From positions 6,571,360 through 6,635,359 of the forward strand of contig NC_043019.1 in the NCBI RefSeq assembly GCF_006345805.1: a stretch of DNA of 64,000 nucleotides, in the 5' to 3' direction. The DNA comes from Octopus sinensis. Lineage: Eukaryota. The notes beneath the pieces were generated by a model, which was not told the DNA's origin, made no database searches, and saw only the letters and a program-made list of their open reading frames with translations. A program made the translations under genes and the position numbers. The stretch's first letter is position 1. Each line of letters begins with the position of its first letter. Positions 24,351-37,149 of this stretch are shown in pieces.

Positions 24351-25675
24351 AGATTCACACTCATACACAAATACACGCATGCGTGTGTACCTGTGTCTAA
24401 ATTATAAACCAATCTAAATTAAATTTATCCGGAAACGCAATGACTGTTAGGGTTTAGGCGAAATTTAACCCCCCCCTCCACTCGATCCATTTGAAACTGC
24501 GAGTTCTTACTCCATATGCTGCAGAATCGTTTCCCCATCAAATCTCGATAATCTTCGCTCTGTCAATGCCTCCGTAACTACTACGAAGGTGCGCGTGCGT
24601 GTGTATGCGAGAGTGGGTATGTGCGTGCGTGTGGATAGGGGTTGTTGACCTTGACGTGTGGATGTGTGCGTGTGTAAGTGTGTGCGCATCTGTAATGTGT
24701 GGGTGTGTGGATGACGGTGTGGGCGCTGGGAAGTGGTCACTGCTTCCGTCTACCAACTTCGCTTACAAGTGTTTGGTCATTTAGTCAGTAAAGTACTAAA
24801 ATAAAATTGTCCAATATGACGAATAGTAGATTTGAACCTGAAATCACGTCGTTGCAAAACGAGTTACTAGGCCACTTGGCTATGCCTACCCTTGTTCCCC
24901 TACACACCACATTCCAGTAAAATGCTGGGAAGTGGTCACTTGTTCTCCTACGCACCACATTCCAGTAAAATGCGGAAGAGTGACGTCTTTGATCAGCATC
25001 TTGTTCGTCGGAGGTTGGGCAAGAGAGCAACAACAAATAGGATACCAAGAAAACTATATGTTGTAAGAGTAAACCATTTTGTTTTCTTTTAATCATTACT
25101 TTCAATTTACATTTTCTTTTCAAATAGGTAAATATACTTTTTTTTTTCTTTATTTCGTTTCTATAATAACGAAAAAGAACACAAAAATAAATTAATAAAA
25201 TTCACAGAACTTATTAATTGTTCGACTTTACTATCAAAGACCACGAAAACCCCACAACCCTCCATTCAACCTCATAAAATGAATAAAAAAAAACAAGCAA
25301 CCAAAGAGAAATTTAGGAAACGCAGACATTGCCCCTTCCCCTGAAACCTAGTGAAAGGACGAAAAAAATACTGCGACAACATTTTTATATTTTGCAACAA
25401 TTCTTTAAATTTCTATGTTCGTATTATTTTTGATTATATTAAATTTTTCTTTTGTCTGTGAAAAACCAATATTTGATCTCTCTTCTTTTAATCGATATTT
25501 GATATATATTATAGCTTCCTTACGACTTATGGCTGTTGACTTATAATATGAGATATTTGATTTCGAGTCTGGTTTTGTTGTATTGGAATTGAAGCTTGTG
25601 GTTCAGTGCAATTGTATTCGCTCCCGACACAGTGATGGACCCACATTTTAACAGATCTTCTCCCTAAATCACTCG

Positions 25676-25741
<66 letters not shown>

Positions 25742-25786
25742 CTATCTATATATCTATGATATATATATATATATATATATATGTAA

Positions 25787-25936
25787 GAGAAAAACGAGGG
25801 CATAACTTGGTAAACTTTTATTCCGAATGCTACATATGTTTCGGTATCCGGGCAACGTCAGATATTACGGAATACCAAAATATATAACAATTGAAATAAA
25901 GTAGTACCAAGTTATGACCAATGCTCATTTTTCTCT
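25787..25936. mobile_element. 150-bp palindromic MITE-like element
   Basis: agagaaaaacgag/ctcatttttctct, cataacttggta/taccaagttatg and inner atatgtttcggtat/ataccaaaatatat arms. Confidence 0.7.
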
Positions 25937-26001
25937 GTATGTATGTATGTATTTATATATGTATGTGTGAATGAATGTATGTATGTATGTATGTATGTAT
26001 G

Positions 26002-26037
<36 letters not shown>

Positions 26038-26040
<3 letters not shown>

Positions 26041-26178
26041 CAAATCCACTCACAAGGCTTTGTTTAGTCCGAGGCTATGGTAGAAGAAACTTGCCCAAGG
26101 GGCCACGCAGTATGACTGAACACGGGACCAAGTGGTTGGTAAGCAAGCTACTTACCACACACCTGCTCCTGCGCCTAT
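26038..26178 (-). mobile_element. SINE-A head fragment
   Basis: caaatccactcacaaggc...gcaagctacttaccacacacctgctcctgcgcc. Confidence 0.8.
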
Positions 26179-26329
26179 ATTTGATATTATCACATATACA
26201 TTGTTCTTAACTTTGCGCCCGTCTTATAATGAGTCCCCTCGAAGAGATTAACTTAGACTGAAACATTCCCGCTATTTTCACTACTTGGTCTAAAGTCATT
26301 TCCACTCGCATAGGCATAGAACATTCTCA

Positions 26330-26640
26330 ATATTTCTCTAAATTTCATTCCGCTGATGTCGATTTTGTCTTTCATCTTTTCGAGGAAATAAATTAAATAC
26401 CAGTTGCGTACTGGGGTCGATCTAATCGACTGGCTCCTTCCCAAAATTTCGGGCCTTATGCCTAGAGTAGAAAAGAATATTTCTCTAAATTTCATCCCGC
26501 TGTTATCAACTTTGCCTTTCATCTTTTACGGGGTCGATAAATTAAGTACCATTTGCGTACTGGGGTCGATCTAATCGACTGGCCCACTTTCCCAAAATTT
26601 CGGGCCTTGTGCCTAGATTAGAAAATAATATTTCTCAAAA
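26330..26640 (+). mobile_element. Tandem dimer of Meta/MESC-like SINE body (period ~147-151 bp)
   Basis: atatttctc recurs at 26330, 26477 and 26628; each unit has cctttcatc...gataaattaa.tacca.ttgcgtactggggtcgatctaatcgac. Confidence 0.85.
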
Positions 26641-27384
26641 TTTCACTTATTCGTTAATATTGGATTTATCCTTATTTTTCGATGATTTCAGAATTTAATT
26701 ATCATTTTACTTTTTGTTTACTGGTTGCAATGATAATAACATTAAATCGAATTTCAGTTTTGTTAGCAATCCACAATACTACATCTGTGACATCTTGCTG
26801 TACATAAATAAAAAGTAGCTACCTCTAGTTGTTCAATTACCATTTTCCTTGCAATTTGAAACGCAATAATCTATTTTAGTAAACTTTATTTAACAGCCAT
26901 TAGAAACAAAATTTAACCGCATCGCTCTTCCTAGACTTGTTGTTCTGGCGAATGCGACAAAACAGTTGATTTCTCTAAGCGACTGTTATCATAAGAAATT
27001 AATAACTAAAGCCCTACCAAGGCCTTATCTTTACAATACCTAATCTATTTTCATGGCATTTGTTCTCCAGTTTGCCATAGTTGCACTCATAAACTTGTTT
27101 ACTGATGACAGTCATGTGTTATCTAGACTACCAGTGAGTTGCTCTTTATGCAGTAGATCTTTATGCTAGATATAGCTGCCAAATCATAAATAGATGCCAT
27201 CGTATTGCTTTAGTGAACCAACTGACAACCTCAGAACTGCAATATCGCGTTATCTTTCTGTAAGTTTCGAAATAACATTCAACTGTTTTCCAGTTTCTCT
27301 GACGCCTTTAAATGTCTACGTGCATATAAGAGTTTCTGACTGTATATTATTGAATATTCGTATACATACATATATGCATATATA

Positions 27385-27597
27385 TACTCTTTACTCTTTA
27401 CACTTTTACTTGTTTCAGTCATTTGACTGCGGCCATGCTGGAGCACCGCCCTTAATCGAGCAACTCGACCCCGGGACTTATTCTTTGTAAGCCCAGTACT
27501 TATTCTATCGGTCTCTTTTGCCGAACCGCTAAGTGACGGGGACATAAACACACCAGCATCGGGGTGGGGGACAAACACAGACATACAAACATACACG

Positions 27598-27645
<48 letters not shown>

Positions 27646-27808
27646 TACGACGGGCTTCTTTCAGTTTCCGTCTACCAAATCCACTCACAAGGCTTTAGTC
27701 GGCCCGAGGCTATAGTAGACGACACTTGCCCAAGGTGCCACGCAGTGGGACTGAACCCGGAACCATGTGGTTGGTAACCAGCTACTTACCACCCACCCAC
27801 TCCTGCGC
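27385..27808 (-). mobile_element. Full-length SINE-A
   Basis: Reverse complement of 11731-12135 along its length. Confidence 0.9.
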
Positions 27809-27824
27809 TATATATATATATATA

Positions 27825-27871
<47 letters not shown>

Positions 27872-28326
27872 GTATCCATAGGAGTGTTTAAACTTACAAG
27901 GTAAGAATTAGGAAAAACACGTTTGTTCAAGTGCTCACAGACGTTTCAAAGTGTTTCACAGAGATACGCGATGAAGATCATAAGAAATACATGTTATTGA
28001 ATGTTCAGTTATCTTGACTTTTTAATGAGACAGGGGAAAAAAGAGAAAAAGATGGAGAGAAACTCATTGAAATTTCTGTGAACGTTTGAACACTTCATCA
28101 TTTAAACATCTTTTTTCTGAATTTTACTGAGTAACTTCAAACTCTCATAAATGCTTTATTTACTTTTACTATGGATAGGCGAATGACTGTCGAAGCCGAT
28201 CTGAATAAACCTATCCATAAATTTTAAAACAACTACACGTTTTGAGATTCAGGTACATTTTCAGATCCCAAAGCAAACTCTCCTATAGTTCTTCCTGTGT
28301 GGAAAGACACATCTCCTCTCTCTCCT

Positions 28327-28399
<73 letters not shown>

Positions 28400-28401
<2 letters not shown>

Positions 28402-28675
28402 TAAAGTATTAGAAAGAGGCAAATTTCAAGGTCGATAATACTTTTCATCAGAACCAACATAACGCTAAACACAGAAGGTGTATATAAGCCATTATAAATA
28501 TACGAACATATAACATATAAATATGCGTGTAACACATAGCATGTGGTTAGTTATATGTTAAATGTTCGCATACTTATAATGGCTGATATATGCCCGCTGT
28601 GTTTAGACATGTGTTGGCTTTGTTGAGGAGTATTAACGGCCTTGGAATTTGTCTCTTTCTAGTCAATACTTTAGT
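28400..28675. mobile_element. ~276-bp imperfect palindrome (foldback/MITE-like)
   Basis: Paired arms actaaagtatt/aatactttagt, ctaaacacag/ctgtgtttag, agccattataa/ttataatggct, taacatataa/ttatatgtta. Confidence 0.8.
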
Positions 28676-28741
28676 CTAATTGCTCAATCAGTTCAGCCCT
28701 TCGGTGTTGTTTCTTGAAAAGAGTTCATCTTTTCGATTTTT

Positions 28742-28925
28742 CATCTACTACATATGTGGAAAACCGGTGTTTGTTTGTTTGTGGCGTTGTTAGCTAACTC
28801 CTCCTACATCGTTTTATTGATTTTGATGAAACTTGACACGTAAGTAGAACTCATATCTAGAAACCTCCTGACATACTTAGTTTGTTGAAAATTCGATAAT
28901 ACGACCCCTCGGATGGATCTCTATA
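28742..28925 (+). mobile_element. Helitron-like non-autonomous remnant
   Basis: A^TCTAC start, (GTTT)n, gattttgatgaaacttgacac motif typical of such elements. Confidence 0.45.
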
Positions 28926-29079
28926 TCTACCTCATATAACTAAATTTTTTAAACACACAAAGGAAATAACCCACAGCATCTGTACAAAATTATTTTTTAA
29001 ACACTCAAGTGAAATAATCCATATATATATATATAATATATATATATATATACATATATACATATATATATATATACAT

Positions 29080-29188
<109 letters not shown>

Positions 29189-29199
29189 CATACATATAT

Positions 29200-29700
29200 C
29201 TGCTGCATCGGAAATTCGCAGTGGGTCCATAGCTACCGTCTCGGCCATAAGCTTGTGGCCCCAGTAATCAGTTATACAACTTATGACGACCAAGGTGTCA
29301 GATTGTGGAGTTCAACAGCAAACCATGCGGTCATACAATGTATTTCCAAATTGAATTTATTCTCATTGATGTGCCTGTGTATATCAAATTCGATCTTGAA
29401 ATATTTTTACCTCGTACTTCTCTCACTAAAACTTAACACAGGCATAATTTGTCCATATTCAGCTAGCCATGACAGAAAGTACTTTATATGGAATCACCTC
29501 TTTGGCTCTGAAATTTCAATCACTTTTGCTTTGGAGAACAGTTATTCTGCCTGCTGTTGAATATTTTCCAAGATCTATTTCGTTGAAACTATTCCAAGAA
29601 ACGTTCCGACTTTGTGGATTTCATTTTTCATCGTATTATTTGAATTCTACGGTATAAATATCGTTATAGATTCCTCGGATTATTGGCACTATTTTTGGCA
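29200..29700 (-). mobile_element. Possible Penelope-like remnant
   Basis: Stop-interrupted frame containing [15 protein letters not shown] and a decayed hammerhead-like end (ggcca/tggcc gagacggta) at 29220-29270. Confidence 0.3.
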
Positions 29701-29996
29701 AATTGTTCAACAATACGTAACCTTATATAATACGCTACAAATAAGTATTTATAACATTCTTTTTGAAATAAGATACAAACAGTGCATTTTGATATAATGT
29801 AATACAAGATTTACATTGTGATCCCATTTTCTCAAAATAACAGCCAAGCATCTTCATACACATTCATGGAAACACATACTCACGCATGTATGTTGTATGT
29901 ATGTATGTATGTATGTATGTATGTAGTATGTATGTATGTATGTATGCATGCATGTATACATGTATGTATATATATATATTATATATATATATATAT

Positions 29997-30100
<104 letters not shown>

Positions 30101-30271
30101 AGGAGAATATTCAAAACTCTTATAGGGATATTTATCCAAGATACACTGGTTTAATATATTAAACTTTGAAGAGATAATCCTTCAATGTATATATTATAAA
30201 ATATCATAAAATATCAGAAAACAGAGATCGAATGGATCCATTAGATTTCTCTGTTTTCTCTAACTGAATAT

Positions 30272-30352
<81 letters not shown>

Positions 30353-30355
30353 TAT

Positions 30356-30412
<57 letters not shown>

Positions 30413-30486
30413 AACACAGATATATCACATATAGAGATTGAAGGAGGTGCGGAGATTATTGGGAAATTCGATTTTAAAGTAAATAG

Positions 30487-30566
<80 letters not shown>

Positions 30567-31450
30567 CAGAAGAAATGGGGAGATCGGCAGTGCATCAGTG
30601 CTTGTATATAAGATGCAGAAAATCATTTTTAGATTACGAGATAATCCCTAATAAGATATTGTTTTCAAATATTGGCTCTAGGTGAGCAATTTTAGGGGCT
30701 AGGATAAATCGACTGACAAGTCTTTGGACGACCCGAAGCTACAATATAAGATAGCTGCCCATGCTGCCAGGCAGTGGGACCGAAACAAGGACCAAATAGT
30801 TAAGAATCGAGCATTTTACCACACACCCACTCTATGGAAAGACGTAACGGATGGAAAGGTTACAGCAAGCATGATTTTAAACATACGAATACTGAACGAT
30901 ATTGAACCGACAGCTAAGAAACAACATTCTACTTTTTTAAAATTATTTTTTCGCTTCCTACCATCTCCAGATTCGAAAGTTCAACACAAAACCACTGCGG
31001 CCGCCTTCCCTTCTACCATTAAGTCATTATTTATAAATGAAATGAAAAATATTCCAAATATAGCTTGTTGATTTCTGGTTTATAGAATTTACTGAGAAAT
31101 TTCACGAGTTGTAAATCTTTATTATTCCTACTTACCAAAAAACATAATATTAATCTAGGCCCGAAGTGGCTGCTGCGTTAGGCGCTTCGTTGCCTCGATA
31201 GGAAATTCTTCTTCATTTTTCATTCTTTATTATCTTTCGAATTAATTCTGTCTTAGAGCTTAAAGCAGAGATTAGTTTAGCATTAATTTGTACCCCAGGA
31301 TATTTCAGCAAATTTTGTTGGCTTATATTTACAAAGAGAAAAGAAAGTCTTACCAAAATTCTTTTTTTGTATATTGTTGATATTTCAATTCTCATTTCTT
31401 TAAATGTACATACATACATACGTACATATCTCTCTCTCTCACTCCCCCTA

Positions 31451-31482
<32 letters not shown>

Positions 31483-31682
31483 CAGAGAGAGGGAGAGAGA
31501 GAGGTGTGGTTGTATGCGCGTGTGTGTATGTTGTTCCGTTGAAGTAAGGAATACTATTGTATATGTATATACATACGACTGTGCTTGTATATATCAATAC
31601 AAATGTTTATAGTTATACATAAATATATAACCCCTACACACACACACACACACGTATATATATAATATATATATATATATAC

Positions 31683-31741
<59 letters not shown>

Positions 31742-32101
31742 ATATATATATATACATACATAAACAAACACACACACATATATATATGCATACACAGGCT
31801 CATACATTTACAGGTGCGTGTTTATCTGTGCTGCACTGGAAACATGAATGTGTTTTTAGTTTTATCATTTTTATAAATATTTTTTTATGATTGCTTTCTT
31901 CATACTTTCTATGAATTCCTTGAAGTTCTTTGCTGAAAGCTATGCTTATAAGTTCTAGATCGGCAGAGTCTGACTTCCAAAATGTACTTTGTTTGTTAGT
32001 GGCTCTCAAAGGTAAGGAACGCGAAAGTCATTCATTTCAACAATACCAATGGAATTTCAATTTTACTCCTTAGATTAATATACCCTCAATCCGATGTTTA
32101 C

Positions 32102-32142
<41 letters not shown>

Positions 32143-32454
32143 TGAGTTGAGGTTATAAGAGATAATGGTGTCATTGAGACCCAATGGTGTCAGGTAATGC
32201 TGAATAAGTGCTATAGACAGACCATAGTTAAGTTCCGTATTCGGTAATATTGCGAGTAAAGGGTTCAAAGTTGGTTCTATGTCAGCGTGTGCATATCAGA
32301 ACTTTTTGCGTAATGAGATAGAAAAAAAACCAAGGCTGTATAGATATTAAAGCATTTATAAATAGGCCTACAGCCTCTATTCATAAATGCTGTAATATCT
32401 ATACACCCTTGGTTTTTTTTATCTCATTCCGCAAAAATTTTTATATATATATAT

Positions 32455-32879
32455 TACTCTTTTACTCTTTTACTTGTTTCAGTCATTTCACTGCGGCCAT
32501 GCTGGAGCAACGCCTTTAGTCGAGCAAATCGAACCCGGGATTTATTCTTTGTAAGCCCAGTACTTATTCTATCGGTTTCTTTCGCCGAACCGCTAAGTGA
32601 TGGGGACGTAAACACACCAGCATCGGTTGTCAAGCAATGCTAGGGGGACAAAGACAGACACACAAACACATACACACACACACATACATATATATACATA
32701 TATATACATATATATTACGGGCTTCTTTCAGTTTCCGTCTACCAAATCCACTCACAAGGCATCGGTCGGCCCGGGGCTATAGCAGAAGACACTTGCCCAA
32801 GATGCCACGCAGTAGGACTGAACCCGGAACCATGTGGTTAGTTAACAAGCTACTTACACCACACAGCCACTCCTGCGCC
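32455..32879 (-). mobile_element. Full-length SINE-A
   Basis: Near-complete reverse complement of 11731-12135. Confidence 0.9.
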
Positions 32880-32916
<37 letters not shown>

Positions 32917-33499
32917 ATATAATATTAGCATAATTAGATAAGAAACCCAAGGCTGAGAAGCATTTTAGTACAATTATAAAGAGAAGGCCATTCAGCTGTT
33001 TCCGGGATATTTTTATATCGCCGAACTAATTGGCATTTTGTTCTAATCAACACCGAAAAATTTTAACAAAATTGGTTTCGGCAGGTATTGAACTCAAATA
33101 GCAAGGAACCACGGCATTTGGCTCAAGGCACTTTATCTTACGCTCCCTTGACTCAGTACTGTCTCAGTCTACTAACCGATTCGTCGCTTTATCCTTATCA
33201 ATCACGTGCTCCGTACCAGATCCTAGTCTGTGTTTGGAGTCGAGACGTTGTCTTTCATATGAGAGTAGTTTGTCGCAACTTAACCACAATAAAAAAGCGT
33301 CCACGTGGTCATTTGTTCAATTAGAAATAGCAGAAAAATCGTCCTCTGATCATACGCGACTGTCTTAAAGAATAAAAAAAAAGTAGAGTGCTCTTTGTTA
33401 TAACATTGTACCATATGAACTGACCAAAGAAAATAGAAAAGGAAACACTGAGAATACAACAGGAAACACTGAATGATCAAAGATGAAATATCTTTGATT

Positions 33500-33810
33500 A
33501 TAAAGCTGCTCAAAGTTACTACCACCATCACCATTACCATTACCATTACCACCCCCCATCAATGCCACAACTATTATCACCAATCTTACTGCTACGACCA
33601 TCATCATCATCACCACCAATACCATCATCATCACCACCACAATCCTCATCATCATCATCTCCCACCACCACTACCTTTAACACCACCACTACCTTTACTA
33701 CCACCACCATTACTATTACCACCACCACCGCCACTACCACCAATAGTAACAAGACTGCCAGCAGTAGCAACCACAGTAATAGAAATAATACCACCACCAC
33801 CACCACCAAT

Positions 33811-33841
<31 letters not shown>

Positions 33842-33860
33842 GCAACAACAAACAACGGCT
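33500..33860. repeat. Degenerate (CAY/CAC/CAA)n trinucleotide block
   Basis: Direct inspection; gives poly-H/P/T/N ORFs in all frames. Confidence 0.9.
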
Positions 33861-34732
33861 ACAAATCCAAAGCACTGTAGGAGCAATGATATGTAAACAT
33901 TTTTATCATATTTCCAAAATTTTCCTCAGAATTGGGGGTAAAAAACAACAACAAAAACATGGCAGAATATGTGAAAAGAAAACCAAACATGTGGAAACAC
34001 AATAAAAACTTAAACAAAAAAAAAGAATGACATGAAAGTAACGTGAACAAAAAAAATAAGTAAAAAACATTGATAAAGCAAAAAAAGTAAACGAGACGAA
34101 ACGAAAACACGAGAAAAACAGAAGTAAACATACTTGGTTAAAACAAAAGAAAAATTCTAGAAAAATTCCAGAAAATTATAAAGAAAAAAATGGCGGACGG
34201 GGTAGAAGCAAAATTCGAAAATTATGAGATAACACGTAAAAGCACAGCAAAACACGATTAAACACGAAAAGCAGAAAAATATATTTAAAGCCACGCGAAT
34301 AAATTGTAGAGAAATACACAAACGAAAATAACGCCATATTACAAGTATAGAAATTAAGGTGAATATCCATAAAACACGACAGAAATGTAAATTCTGTTCA
34401 TGAGAACTAAATCCGCTTATTTTTATTTGAATACTATTTCTTGTTTATGTATTATTTGTTTTTATTCGTTGCATCCTCTTTTTACTTTTGGTAAATTTGC
34501 TGAAGATTGATAAAAAGAAGCGAAGAAATTAGCTAGGCCATGTTTGGTGTAACTTGAAATGTATTTTAGTGGAGCGGCTATAATTAGCTGTGAATTCTTG
34601 CGGAATTCTTAAATAAAAAGAATATGCAGTCGTAATTATAGAAATACATTGGGAGAAAAAAATGTGAACTAGAAAATGTTTGGTATAGAAGTATCTGATA
34701 CAGGATGTCTGTGATATAAAATGCCTTTTGTT

Positions 34733-35114
34733 TTTACTTGCTGTTTCAGTCATTTGACTGCGGTCACGCTGGAGCATCACCTTTAGTCGAACAGTTCGAC
34801 TCAAGGACTTATTCTTTGTAAGCCTCGTACGTATTCTATCGGTCTCTTTCTGCCAAAGTGCTAGGTTACACACCAATGTCGGTTGTCAAGCGATGGTGGG
34901 TGAACAAACACAGACGCACAAACACATAAATACACACATATATACATACACGACGGGCTTCTTTCAGTTCTCTTCCACCAAATCCTCTCACAAGGCTTTG
35001 GTCAGGGTGTGGCTATAGTAGAAGACACTTGTCTCATGTGCCCAGCTGTGGGACTGAACCGGGAACCATGTGGTTGGGAAGTAAGCTTCTTACCACACAG
35101 CCACACCTGCGCCT
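34733..35114 (-). mobile_element. Full-length SINE-A (diverged)
   Basis: Tail ttgctgtttcagtcatttgactgcggtc to head cacagccacacctgcgcc. Confidence 0.85.
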
Positions 35115-35214
35115 GTGATTAAAAAAAAAATAATATCAACTATCTGTGATATAAAATGTGTGTGATATAAATATCAGTGATGATATAAAATGTGTGTAAT
35201 ATGACATACCTGCA

Positions 35215-35630
35215 ATGGGGCGAATTGGTAGCATCGTTAAAATACCAGCCGCAATGTTCAGCGACAGTTCGTCCGTCTTTGCGCTCTGAGCTAAAATTCC
35301 TCAGAGGTCGACTTTACCTTTCATCCCTTCGAGGTGGGCCAAATAAACACCAGTTGATCTAACCCACATAACCGTTACGCCAAACGTACTGACCTTTTGC
35401 CAAAATCTTACACCAATGTTTCTTATTTCTGTAAAGAAGGGACATGGCAGAATCTATAACACGACGAGTGAAATGCTTGGCAGCCTTTCGTCTGTTTTTA
35501 TATTTTGAGTTCAAATTTCACCATGGTCGTCTTTCATCAGTTTCGAGGTCGATTAAAAGGGTACTAGTTGAACATTGAGGCTGATGTAATATACTGGCCC
35601 CATTCCCGAAATTGCTGGCCTTGTGTCAAT
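35215..35630 (+). mobile_element. Two diverged Meta/MESC-like SINE copies
   Basis: ctgagctaaaattcctcagaggtcgactttacctttcatcc and ttgagttcaaatttcacc...ttcgaggtcgatt. Confidence 0.7.
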
Positions 35631-35829
35631 ATATGAAACCAAATAAAGGTGGCCACGATGTAAACGTGATCTTAACAGCGACGACGAAGATGATGACTTC
35701 TACGCCAACAACGAAAGCATTGACATTGACGATGACAACGATGACGACGATGATGACGGGCGACGGCAATGGTGAAGGAGATGGACAAGCGCAACGAAAA
35801 TGGTGATGATGAAGATGGTAATGAAGGAA

Positions 35830-36782
35830 GCGAGCTGGCTGAAACGTTAGCGCGCCGGGAGAAATACTAAGCGGTATTTCGCCTGCTGTTACGTTCTGAG
35901 TTCAAATACCGCCGAGGTCGACTTTGCGTTTCATCCTTTCGAGGTCGATAAATGAAGTACCTGTTGCACACTGGGGTCGATATAATCGACTCAGTCCGTT
36001 TCTCTGTCCTTGTTTGTCCTCTCTGTGTTTAGTCCCTTGTGGGTAGTAAAGAAATAGGTATTTCGTCTGCCGCTACGTACTGAGTTCAAATTCCACCGAG
36101 GTCGACTTTGCCTTTCATCCTTTCGAGGTCGATAAATTAAGTACCAGTTACACACTGGGGTCGATATAATCGACTTAATCCGTTTGTCTGTCCTTGTTTG
36201 TCCTCTCTGTGTTTAGTCCCTTGTGGGTAGTAAAGAAATAGGTATTTCGTCTGCCGCTACGTTCTGAGTTCAAATTCCACCGAGGTCGACTTTGCCTTTC
36301 ATCCTTTCGAGGTCGATAAATTAAGTACCAGTTGCACACTGGGGTCGATATAATCGACTTAATCCGTTTCTCTGTCCTTGTTTGTCCTCTCTATGTTTAG
36401 TCCCTTGTGGGTAGTAAAGAAATAGGTATTTCGTCTGCCGTTACGTTCTGAGTTCAAATTCCACCGAGGTCGACTTTGACTTTCATCCTTTCGAGGTCGA
36501 TAAATTAAGTACCTGTTACGCACTGGGGTTGATATAATCGACTTAATCCGTTTGTCTTCTCTGTGTTTAGTCCCTTGTGGGTAGTAAAGGAATAGGTATT
36601 TCGTCTGCCGCTACGTTCTGAGTTCAAATTCCACCGAGGTCGACTTTGCCTTTCATACTTTCGAGGTCGATAAATTAAGTACCTGTTACGCACTGGGGTC
36701 GATATAATTTACTTAATCCGTTTGTCTGTCTTTGCTTGTCCTCTCTGTGTTTAGCTCCTTGTGGATAGTAAAGAAATAGGTA
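35830..36782 (+). repeat. Five-unit tandem array of Meta/MESC-like SINE body (184-bp period)
   Basis: ggtatttcg recurs at 35873, 36057, 36241, 36425 and 36595, with ggta at 36779; the A-box head is present only before unit 1. Confidence 0.95.
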
Positions 36783-37149
36783 ATGACAGCGGCCGTGAGA
36801 TAAACTTCAACACCTTTGTGGAAGGAGAAATATTGTTTTGTCATTATTTATGCCTGAATAAATCAAACACTATAACACAGGTAATATCCTCTTCACTGCT
36901 AACATTTTGACAAGTGAAAAAAAAAAAGATCTGAGATAAAATTATCAATTATCAATATTAACAGCAAAATCTGAATTACATGGAACAACGAATACAATAG
37001 ATAAATAAAACAAAATAAATAACGGGAAATAAAATTTATCGAGCATAATCCTCGGTGGATTACGAACGTAACTTCAAATATATCTGGGAAATGGTCGTCC
37101 TTGATAAGTAATCATTCTACCAAAACATAAATTCTATAAACTCTTTCAA

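Noticed and set aside
24445-24460. Telomere-like ttagggtttagg
   Set aside because: One to two units only; not an interstitial telomeric array.
28440-28455. Additional hammerheads at 28445 (CUGAUGA), 29220-29270, 40320-40390, 41120-41160, 48215-48260 and 49190-49275
   Set aside because: Each has only part of the core or lacks pairing in stem I/II; at most decayed relics, so not called as ribozymes.
31960-32011. Exon SAESDFQNVLCLLVALK in phase with the 21556 candidate
   Set aside because: The donor (AAG|GTAAGG) is good but the acceptor lacks a pyrimidine tract; phase compatibility alone is expected by chance.
33473-34005. Mucin- or His/Pro-rich ORFs
   Set aside because: Trinucleotide repeat mosaic open in most frames on both strands; no splice support.
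35830-36782. CRISPR-like regular array
   Set aside because: Whole 184-bp units are near-identical with no unique spacers; eukaryotic SINE tandem, no cas genes.
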